Position numbers and translations under genes: made by a program
Shown here: one piece after another, positions 49,301 to 61,300 of the stretch
Numbering within the stretch: the stretch's first letter is position 1
How the letters are laid out: each line of letters begins with the position of its first letter
NCBI GenBank assembly: GCA_965637545.1
Contig: OZ281499.1
Location: 1,240,001-1,304,000, forward strand
Direction: 5' to 3'
DNA length: 64,000 nt
Source of the DNA: Phallusia mammillata
Taxonomy: Eukaryota
The notes under the pieces: model-generated
The model's database searches: none
The model's input: the letters and a program-made list of their open reading frames with translations, nothing else
What the model was told of the DNA's origin: nothing

Positions 49301-52300
49301 TATTGTCTTCAAGCAAGTTGACAGTTGATAAAAGTTGGCTATTTTATTGGTAATTGCGGTTTAAGTCAGTGTAACTAGCAATAACATTTATAACACTGAA
49401 CAACATGCCAATGAAGACGTTTTCCTGTGACTTACAATTAAAAGGATTTCATGATGATACATTGGAATTAAATAAGAGTGACCACGTTATGTAACACAAC
49501 CAAAATCCCATGAGCGCGTCGTATCCCTCCCTAATGCCCCCATTAATCTTATTCCTTCATCCCCTTATCACTGGCAAAGCGCTGGGCAAGCAACTGGGGG
49601 GGACTCGCCGCCTTTATGTTCGTATTGTGACGTCACAGACCGGCGCGATTGGCCCACCCTGATCGCGTTTTTCTTGGCAACTCGGCGGGTTTGGGTGTGC
49701 AATGATCTGCTGATCGGGGTTGACAAATGTTTTGAAACCGAGTTTGTGTTTTCGACCGCCTCGGTGAAAATCTTCACAGGGAGTTGCATTGCAGCTGGAT
49801 TGATGGTGTGGATTTGTTTGTTTGGACTTTACGCGGTTTCGGAGGGAAGGTTTAATTGGCTTGATTCAATGTCGGTTGTTGAAGGATAAAGTATCACAAA
49901 AATTTATTCTTCAGTGCATCTATAAGACAGAAGTTTTGCAAAAACTTAGCTTCTTGAGTGCGAGTATAAGCCTGATTGTTGAACAAAATAAAGTGAAGTA
50001 TCGCGAAAAATTGATCCTTAATGCCTCTACAAGTCACATTGTTTAACCAATCATCATCAGCATATCTGTTTCTAGTTGCGTAGGTTATACGGTTGAAAGA
50101 TTACATGCAAATGAAAAACACTGGGAAAGCAGCTGGCGAATGGCGAAGGACGTTAAGTTTAATCAAATGAACGTTTAAATCCGGATCGGTACCAATTTGT
50201 TCAAAATATGCTTTGTTTCAATGCTTGTAACATTTTAATTTGTCGAAAACATTCTCGTTGTCTGAACTTCAACATTTCGGTTGACGACAACTTCTCACCA
50301 ATGTTTCTTCGAACTGTTCTTAAAAGTGTTATTTCCACTTAACCTTTCAGCATTCAATCTATCTCGTGTTCTGCTTCATGGGTTTGTAAATCATCGAGTA
50401 ACTTCATCCGTCAGCCCCAAGCCCCCTGGAGCGCATGAATGACCCCGCTTTGCCCTATGGGTTAAACAAACAACCCCACCACATACCTTCCTGGAGCCCC
50501 AGTCCCCACTTCCCCCAAACCCCTTTCAAATCCTTGCTAATCTTATTATAGTGCGTCCGTGTGCAAGCGATTAAACGTCGAAATATTTTTAGCCGGTCAT
50601 TAACAGTGTTCACATTCTTTCAAGACTTCCCCATCGACGGTGCTTGTCAAATTATTGTCTCATTGACGGATTAAGCGAAATCTTGTCAATGTGAATTATT
50701 GGTGTCATTATAGATTTACATTTAAAGGACATGATCATATTGCAACAAATGATTGTTATTTGTTGTTAGTCAGGTAGTAAATCTTTTTCTTATTTATGAA
50801 ATCTCCTCGCAAGTAAAGCAAAAGAATGCGACGATTCAGGGTCATTAAATTTATGTTTTCAGACACTGATGTACTTATAAAAGCGAAATGCATTTGTTTT
50901 AGTAAAACAAATAAAATACAGCGACCAATTTTGTGATTTTCTCGCTGAAATTTTCTGTTGTTACATAAATGTTACTTTATATTACGTGACTTGATGCTGA
51001 AATCAGTTCATTTTTGCTATAAAATTGAACTTTTATTGTTGGCAAAACAACTAACTTTTCATCTTAGACAGATTTTCTCAGACATGAATTTCTTAAATTT
51101 CTCACACATTTAAACCTCGCCCACAATACACGTAAAGAGAGAGAGAGTTCTTCTGTCAGATTTAACCGGTCGTTGACTTCTCTTAACCAGCCACATTTAT
51201 TGGGGAAAGTTTAGGTATGAGTCCACTCCACTACCGTCGGCCCCAATAACAACGCCGCGATGCTTCGAGTGGCCATAATCGTACTTGTTACGTCACAGAC
51301 GAACGCGCGCGTCGAATGCTTGTTTTGTTAGATGGCACCAGTGCGTTTGTATTGTTAAAACTTTATTTAAAATGCGAACGCAAGCTACTTCTGTTAAAAG
51401 TAGGATAACGATTTTTTTAAACATTAAATGGTTGGCGGTGAATCGGTGATACAACCTTTTATGCGATAGGATATGAACAAATCTTCATCATGTTTCTGAA
51501 AATTAGCATCAAGCTTTCCCCTAAAAGCGGATTTTGTTTTGTAAAATGTTTTATTCCAGGCAAAATTCACCTCCAAGGATGTAATAAATTTACCCCGCGT
51601 CAAGACATATTAAATATCCAGTGCCTGTTTTCTAAATTAATTGTACCAGCGAAACGAAAAGCGGAAACACCATATACGGATCTGTTCATAAGTATAATGG
51701 TTTATTTAATGGTTTTTATCATTCCATCATGCGACTCAAGTGTACATAAACGGGTGTAACTGATGTGGCCTTCATATCACTGATGATGGCATGAGCATTT
51801 GCCGAAAAACAATAAAGCATTTCGCTTTTTACGTCCATTTGGGCCGTTATGTTCACCATTAAAAAGCGGAAAGTTGTGCAGTTCAGATTTAACTGACCGC
51901 AAATCCGACTAAAATGCATAGTACCACTTCCCTACAATATAATGGTTAACATGTCAAAACCGGAATTACTGCCAACAAATACAAGCAAATGTCCATCCCC
52001 AATATTGTGTGTGTTTGTCGAAGGAGAAATGTTGGTCCTCGAGATTTTAGCATCAGCACGTGACTGTGTTGACTTAACGCATGACTAAACACACCTCCGC
52101 AGTTGTTGATGGAATTCAACCAATCTACGTGAGACTTCAAGTGTTTTGTGACGTTAAAATAACTTGACAATGATTTGAGAATCGGGGTTTATGTCACTGA
52201 TGTTGTGGTGAATAGGTTTGAATTAAATGGCAATTTCTTTCATGACGAAAGGAATCAGTTTTGTACTTGGCTGTTTTTAGTTGTTTGAAATTCTTGATAG

Positions 52301-55300
52301 ACGATATATTTCCAAAATAATTGGCAACGTTTGTTAGAACAAATATACAAACCGTTTTTTTTAATTAAGCATGTCTTGCGTTTTAATAACCTTTTCTTGC
52401 TATTTTTCGATAGAAAAAATGTCCTTAGAATATAAGAAATACAAGAGATGGAAAAATATAATCAAGAAACAAACTTTTTAGTTGTTTTCACGAGTTGCAT
52501 AAGATACGCTTTAATATCAGGGGGTCACAAATCCTTCAGTGACAAGTTGTTGATCTGATCTGTTGGTAGCCAGGGGCGTTATTATATTGCCCGATGTTTG
52601 ATTGATTGTTGACATCTCCTAGTTTGTAGCCGATTTGCTTCTTCGAACGTTTTCATTGTTCTGTGAAGATGTAAATCTATTGTTTATTTGTCTTTATGAC
52701 GTGTCACTACATGATTGTTACAAAATAGAAACTACTATAGTTCCACGTCCTAAATGTCGCTTTCCGTTTGGTTAGTTAGAACATTCGCTTGCGACACGAA
52801 GGGAATGTTTTTGTTGCAGATGATTATCCTTATCTTGTTGTCGCACGTTCTCTACATTTCTTGATATTTTTCTATGTACGCAAATTTGTTACACTGGATT
52901 TGTCGAGATCAGTGGTTCTCAACCTTTTTTTCTTTCGTGGCCCACTTTCATTGCAAAAAAATTCCCTGGCCCAGTAAATTTTTAAGATAGAAAGAAAACA
53001 ACTATAAAATAGGTTCAGAACAAAGAACAAAACAAAAACATTCCTTCTCAATTCCTCCCCAAGCAAAATTGAGTGTAGTGACACAAAGGAAAGTATTTTT
53101 TTTAAAAGCTTTCTATTTGGTTGGTCTGTGGCCCAATCAAAATGCTTCCATGGCCCACTGGTTGAGAACCACTGGTCGAGATAGACCAATTGTAACTTGT
53201 TTAAATTTACTCACTTGATAAAAAGCGTTCCTAAGTTTGCGATTTCTTCAGTGTAATTTCCAGATTGTATTAGTTGTGCAACTGCTGGAAACCGATATGA
53301 TCGAAGTGAATGCTTGGTTCATGCTTATTGTATGGGGTCATAACCTGGGTTAGCTTTCAGTGTGAGGGCAGAAGCCTTGACCCCTTTTTTTCGCCCCCGA
53401 ACCCCTCCAGCCATCGTGTAAATAATCCTGAGCCCCAGATAACCCGTCTATTCATAGAGCGGAACAGACCACCCACTAGGATGGTACGGATGGCAAACTT
53501 TTTGGCGTTTGGGTTGAAATACCGAAGATTTTAAATCCGCTAATCCAACAAGCTCATTCTTTTACGAAAGATTCCTGGCTCGTGTAACACCTGCGAAGTT
53601 GAGGTTTTCTCACGTTTCACGCCGTATACTTATCACTTCCAACCGACAATTAAGTTTGCTTCACCGGATCAGCGCACGGTAATTATCAGGCAAAATCGAA
53701 GCGAAGTAATTATGTTTTTGAGCAAAGTTCGCAGTGGGACGGTTCCTGTTTTATTTTCTTGCACCTGATTATCACACGACTTTATCCGGATGTAGAAAAC
53801 TTATTTTTGACTTTTTTGCGTTCGCTCTGGTGCAAAGTTTTGAATGATTGCTTGTCTGTCTTTTTTATTTTGGAAGTAGATGATTTTCTTACAACTTTTG
53901 CCACTTGATGGTTTATACCTCTGATATTTTAAATCACTCTCATGTCCCTAAACCTCGCCAAATATGGAAGTTAATAGTGAGGTAGAAAAAATAAAATTTA
54001 AAGTAATGGAAATTTTTGAATTTCAACAGGATATAAAGGCTCAAACATGTACACATTCTTTTATATGACAGTCTTGCATTTAAAATTGATTAAAAAGTAT
54101 TTTGATCTCTTCAATCCTCTATTGGTAAACCATCTGTATTTGAAAATGAATTCAAATTTCAACACAGCATCAAATATGCTGCAAACTGAACGGGCGATAA
54201 AAGGTGTAAAATCTGCAATAAGTTTGGCTAATAGGGCGTTTTGCGCTCCGAAACTTCTGTTACTTAACAACAGACGTTTGAAGTTTAAGAAGAATTTGCT
54301 TCCAAAACCAGGTCTTATCGGATTTCGGGTTTTACTCTTCACTAATTCACCTGCTTATCTGGAAACATGGCGGAATGCGAAGCCTAAAACAAACAGTCTA
54401 AGTGCTTAACTACTGTGGAGTAAAGTTTAAAGTTACCCAAAGCTTATGATGGGTCCTAGCCCCCGTGCTATCCCCTTTCATACCCGGCTCTTAATGATTC
54501 ACCCTTCAACCTTTGCTATTCTCATCTTTCTCGTCGCTGATTGGTCGAGCCTTGGCTTGTGTAGTGACGTGTAGCGTGTTGCGTGCCAACTTAGACGTGT
54601 ACAGAATATGTGGGTGAAACTGACAACACTACTGAACTTTAAGCTCGATGACAATTTTAGATCTGGGGTTCTTAACCTTTTTATAACGGCCGAACCCCTA
54701 CGACATTCATCAGCCTTTGGCCGAACCCCAACAAGTTACGTTACAGGTTTTTAACCCATTTTGTTTTGTGGTCATAATTAGCTTTTGTCCAAACATATTG
54801 CCAACAGTTACTGTATGTCATTTTGTTGACTAAGAATAGAATTTGGTGAAAACTTGAGATGCTGACTGGAAAAAAAATCAGTGTCTGCTTTTCAGCATAG
54901 CTTTGCGTTTCCGATAGTTTGTCAAAGTCAAAGTACGTAAGGGAATGTCAGTTGAAAAGTATGTGATGGATTTACTTACTCCAGCCTACTTTCAAATGGT
55001 TCAATATTTTACACATTTTAATGCAAATGATTGAAACACTACAAACACTACACAAGTTTGGTGTCTTGTTTGACAATTTAGTGATGATGATTTTTTTCGG
55101 TTGGTCGACCCACCCACGCAAAACATTTAGCTGTGGGAGTTTATCCCAAAAACTCCATCAACGACTGAAACTTCACACTTATTTAGACGACCATGATCTC
55201 TGTAATGCCGATGATTTTGACGACCCATGACAAAACATATCGAATTCCCAACACAGTGGTATTCGTGATTCACCCACCCCTGGAACCCCGACACAGAGGC

Positions 55301-58300
55301 CCAGTTACCCCATAAGACAATATGCCCCATATTAGTTGGGGTAGATGGGTGTTTGCGACAGTCATTGTGATATTAGACACCTGCGCTTATCATGTGATTC
55401 GTAATCGGATGTTTTGTGGGAAAACAGATAAATCATGACGATGGAATGCGACATCTTGTGATGGTCAGCGCTCTTGGTTTGATTCAAGATTATTTTATGG
55501 GACATGATAATGTCATGCCGTACCAAGATTATATTATGTGCCATCCATTCTGCAACGTTGCCTTTCACTTCTCATGCTCTTATTGAGTTTCGCTAAGTTC
55601 TCTTACCTTTTGTTGCCTTCATATCTTGGATTTTATTGACACCTTGCTAGATTACGGTTCTTATTATTTTAATCAAAAAAACAGCAACTAATGCAACTTA
55701 CTCCTAAACGTAAATACGGGAAGCTGAGTAAGACACTAGGGGCAGCAGTAAGGTGAAATATCAGGATGTGTTTTGAAATATATAGGTGACCACATCAAGA
55801 GTTCTTTTTTTGTTGCCAACAATTTTAATGCCTTAGCATTGAGATAGGAATTAAAGAGTGTATAGGCCATAAGGGGATATCTATATTGCCGACTGAACCC
55901 CACCAAACCTCTTTCACGCTCGAACGAACCGACGGTCGAAAAACAAAAACCCAGTTCTTACAAGATTGACGACGATTATCTGTTGTATTTGCGCACACGA
56001 AATGATGCGTTCCCTCCTCCTCAGTATAACTGGGCTGGGTTAGACATGGGCCGACGTCTGCAGGTGCTGCTAACCGCTATCACGTCAACGGGAGTACGCA
56101 ATGTGTGATGGAAACTTCAGTTTTGACACGCCATGATCGCTTCAAACCCACATATTACGGTTTAAGACAAGGGGTTAGGGTTGGCAAAATATGAACTATG
56201 TGCTCTGTTGGAACGGCTTAGGGTGGATTTCTGGATATTGTTACCCTCAAAAACTTTTAAAAAGCTCCGAAAAATGTCAACTCTTTCCTTTTGTTTTATT
56301 TTTACACAAACACCAGTCGAAATATTATTTCTGACAACTCAATGTATTTTGCATCGCAGAAACGCAGAGAAAAGGTTCTTAACCTTTACATTTCTCTTGT
56401 TACTTTTTAATGGAAGTTTGCGCAAAGTTTTCTTGATGTTCAAACACAACTGACAAGTAACTTTTCCACCGGTATCGAACAAATAACATGGAGTTTCAGG
56501 CCATATACGTGTGACATTGATTGTTACTAATTCTATCCAGTGTTTCAGCCTAATAAACAGATTTGTGTACTTGAGTTTCTGGTTTTAAATTCCTCGCACC
56601 TAGCCTCAGTGTTTGTGGCATCAACTCCAACTTCCTGCCGCTTAATAATTACGCGCCCAAACCCATTGTCACGTGACCGAGCGTGTCAAAATATGGCGGG
56701 ATAATCACGTTCTGCTACAAAGTGCACGTGGTGGGGAAGTTGGCGAGCAACAAACAAGCAAATTAAATTCGGAAGCCAACTTGAATGCTAAGTTTACCTT
56801 AATATGTGACCTAAACTTGGTGATAGTAACACTCCATAACACAGGTGTTGGTTGAAATCTTTGATCGCCCACAAGCAGAGCTAGAGAGTGATAATTTTAC
56901 TTTTAAATTATATTAAGTGGCGTTAAAACCTATTCCTAATGGGTATACAAACGTTGATAGATTATTAATGACGCCACCATATATTGGCAGAATTGTTTAT
57001 TCGCTGCAGCGTGTTATAGAAACGATTTTATTTGAATAAGTTTTCGAAGTGGTAAAACGTTGAAGATTTTTGCTTGCATTTTTATTTTGATTTCTTTTCA
57101 AAGTATCTTTGACTTTGGAAGGGCAAATATATGACTTAAAAACTAATTGGTATGTCACTGTTTGTACAGTTATGATTTGTTGTATGCTTATGACTTTAAT
57201 GTGACTAAACGTTGCTTCTATTTTCTTTACAGATAAATATTGTCCTGGCAACAATCCCGACACAGTTATTCTTCCCAACAACACTGGAACTGTTTTATTC
57301 CGGCGTCCCTCATCTTTTACGGGAAACGGATTCCTTATTTCTTTCATTGCGATCACACCAGGGCTACCTATTCATGGTAAGTCTTAAGCTAACTTGGTTT
57401 TTCTGCAAAAAAATTCGTAGAAAATAGGGATTTACTTCGTTTAACCAACGAAAAAAAGGAAAGAATTCAAGTAATAGGGGTAAAAACAGCTGGTAAAGCG
57501 TCAGCAAAATTCATTTTATGTACGAACACACTCATTTAGGCCTTCAGCTAAACTGGTAACTTATACGAAATTCCAATCTTATTGTCCCACCTTGTTGCGT
57601 CATAAACAACCCCCATTGTTTGGGACATTCTGTTTTGGGACTTGTTTGTTACATAACAACGATAACAGAAGGCCTGGGATTCGTGTAGAACACATGTTAA
57701 AGGATTTTTTAAATCAGATTGAATTCTTTTACGGTTCAAATCTGCCCAACGGTTGAAAACTGAAGCAATTCTTAACGTCCAGAATTATTTAATTCCTCTT
57801 TTAGTTGAGCACATTGTCCGTAAAATTTATGTAATTTAGTATTTATTTTGTTGTAGTCATATTACTGAACTTGGCGAAATGAAAGTTTTGATGAAAACAA
57901 CTTAGAAAAAACGACAAAGAGCTTTTGCATTGCGAATTCATTTTAATGCAACATTAAAGGGTCGCTTTAATTACTTGCAAAGAAAAAAACATTTGTTAAA
58001 ACAAAAAAATGTTAAAATTTAAACTAAATTTTTTTTTTTGTTCGTCAGTCGGTTTCATATTATGCATTCAGCTTTAGCACAAGAGTTGCACATAAGAAAC
58101 CGTTTAACACCTTGTACTTAACACAATACAACCTGCTAACTCATGTTCGTCACAAAGTTCAAAGGTCATTTGCAGCAGGCCGCAATTCTTCCTTATAAGG
58201 AATTAAGTAGTTCCCTGCTGAACAACTTTGCAAGCAAAACCGATAATTCTTCCTGATATCTGATCTAAATTCCTACCCAGCTTTTCCGAACGCCACTGCT

Positions 58301-61300
58301 AAGCGCAAACCCAGGGGTGGGTCTACAATGGGTCTTGCTGGGAGGGGGGTAACTTAATCATGCGTGGAAAAGCCGAGCTGGGTACCTACGTCATTCCTGT
58401 AGGCTGTGAATGCTTTGCAAAGTTTAAGCCGTGGTTTGTCACGGTGAGTGTTGCACACGGCAAATGTCATGGTTGTGTTGTTGCCATGAAACAAGCTATT
58501 GCTGCCAGGCATAATGTATCAACGAGTATTCCACCGTTTTTTTGCAATGATTTAAAACACATGGCAAATGTCAGGGTTGTGTTGTTTTCAATGCAACTTT
58601 GATCATTTGACACAAGCCCCAAAATACTAAAAATAAATACTCTTTTGCTGCCATGCATATATGCAAGTATCGTATAAACAATTTTCAACCGGTTCTGTTA
58701 CAAAAAGTCTATTGACAGTAACCAGTAATGCTAACCGGTTAGCTGATCTCATAAATTTCGTGAGACGGTTCTATAGAACCGATGCGAACCGGCTGAATCC
58801 CACCACTGGTTGAACCGTAACAAATAACCCCTAATCTCCTTTGGAGAAAAGCACTTTTCCGGTCTGCATTACCACATTGACGATAATCCTCACATCCTTT
58901 CAAACGCGCCTAAAATATCGCAAAAAAACATGATCTTCAACCGGTGTCAACGTAAAACGTTATCTCTACTTTAAGGATTTGGCGGGAAATGTATGTCAAG
59001 GGATTGGCTTGCTCTGACGTAAACAGGGGTGGCGTGATCCCCCTAAAGATCTGGGGTCGTTTCAAGGTCAAAACGAGTCTCTCCTGTCAATGTTATTAAT
59101 CTACAAAATAGTTTTAATATTGTGTGGAATGAAATTGCACGCGATCGCCACCTAGCGTCGAGGACATTCTTGCCATTTCCACTCAAATGTTAACTAGATT
59201 ATTTCGTGTTGAAAAAACAAACACCTTGACGCAGAAGCGCAAGATATTTGCTGCAACTCACATTTTTGTTAACCACCACCTGATGTTAATCTGCATTAGT
59301 GGTTTATATTAATTTTAGCCGCTTTCTACTAAGAACTCGAGATTTCCCGATAATCCGGATCATATCGTGCCTGGCGTTTATTGTTTCTATGTTTACACCA
59401 AAATTGGCCACGCAAATTTATCTTCTGCACGAATTACGACCAGCTAATAACTTAATACTTTGTTGTTTGTTTTGATCACGCGGTTTCAGGCAAAATTCTA
59501 AAGATTTCCTTGGTAACAAAAGGTTAAATTGTTTTTTGAATTCTACTCTTGCAACATATTAAGACGTCTTTGCCCTTTACTTTAAAAAAATCTTTAAAAG
59601 ATGTGGCTTTTTCTGCAGTTAACACCATCACGTTTTATATAATTATGGCCAGCTAATAACTTAATGCCCTGTTGTTTGTTTGGTTGAAGCGATTACAGGC
59701 AAAATTCTTTGATAACAAAATGCTTTTGAGTTTTTTTTTCAAATTCGGCAATTGTAATGTATTAGTGCGCGTTTGTTATTTTTTGTTTACCGTCTTTGAA
59801 AACAAATGGCTTGTTTCGCAGTTAAATGTGTTAAGTTTCATAAACTTGAATTTACATCGGTTTAAAACAGAAACGAACAGTAAGGTTACAAAAGGATAGA
59901 ACGTTTTTTTCAAATCCGACTCCTTCAATATATTACAACGTGCTTACTTTTTTAGTTGGAAACCCTTCAAAAGAAGTGGATTTTTCTGCAGTTAGATGCA
60001 CCACGTTTTAGAAACTTGAATTTACAACGGTTAGAACAAGCGCGAACAAAATAAGATCAAAAATCGACAGACAAACTTAGCTGGAATTGAGACAAACGGC
60101 AAAATATGAGTAAACAATTGTAACTGTGTGATCGAGCCTGTGAGCACGTGACTTTGTGGACGAAGTTGAGTGACGTGAAATTAAGTGACGTTTGTCGGAT
60201 TATAGATTTACAGAGATTAGTTCACGGTGCTAAGTGACTGATTGAGACCGTCTAAAGTGCGCGTTCGAAGGAAACCGTTTTGGAAATCGCGGCTTCGTGT
60301 GAAACTTGTTGGAAATCACCAGTGTTATGTCATAATGCTGATAAGGTCTCAGCGCAAGAAAGTTTGACATAAACTTGATTGCAAAATTGACAAAAAATTT
60401 TGCTAGAGGGGGAAAATTTTGACACATACATATTTACAATGATGGCTAACGATACCAAATAATTATAGACATGTAGCCATATATTGTACACTGTATAATT
60501 AAAACCTATATCACTCTACGATGTAAAATAATTGTTTTCTGCCACTTAAATCCATCACCTGACTAGTATTTGTCTAACGATCAACCCAACTTACGCTTCG
60601 ACCTTAGTTTGACCTTCAGTTTTGTCCAACCCTCTGTATTTGCGAAACCAACCCCAATAACTCTAACCCGAAAACTAATCGGTTTTAAACATTCCTCACT
60701 TTCCCAACCTTTACCATGGTGGGTGGTCGTCCTGGCAACCATAAAGTCACCTGATTTGTTCCTCTTTCAAAATCCTGTTTTCGTGGTTTGGTTGTTTTGA
60801 AGCAATCCTTGCCACGTCGTTTCGGGGTGAGGGTCACCCTTAAAATAAGTTCTATGTCAGTTGCTCCTAGGAGTTTTTACATAGAAAAAAAAACTTAAGT
60901 CGTCAACTATTGCAAAGTTTTAAAAGAATTTAATTTTGGACAAAATAGGCAAAGCCCAGTCCACCATTAAAGCAAGTTATATGTCAGAACTACTTAAGTT
61001 ACTCACAGTTAAGGTTACGCTTTTGTTTTTGAACAAATAAGACAAAGTTTAATAAAGAGAAAAAAATGTTACTGTTTAACTCCGTCACAAAACAACTTTT
61101 TCATGACACGTGTTTCTTGATATTCGTTTTGGCGAAGTCGGCTGACCTTGAAATGACATTCTTAACATCAAGTAACTTTATGTCGACAACCACACGTGCC
61201 ACTGCCGCCTACACATGGGCAAATATTGAAACTTTACTCTAAGCGAAATCCCACAAATCCCAACTTATCAGCGATGTCGAAAATCTTAAGTCTAAGTCCA

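Noticed and set aside
43587-57232. Nested gene in the 13.6-kb DCBLD intron (ORFs 49000-49296, 54047-54409, 56997-57356, etc.)
   Set aside because: The ORFs are low-complexity AT-rich translations without domains or supported splice structure.
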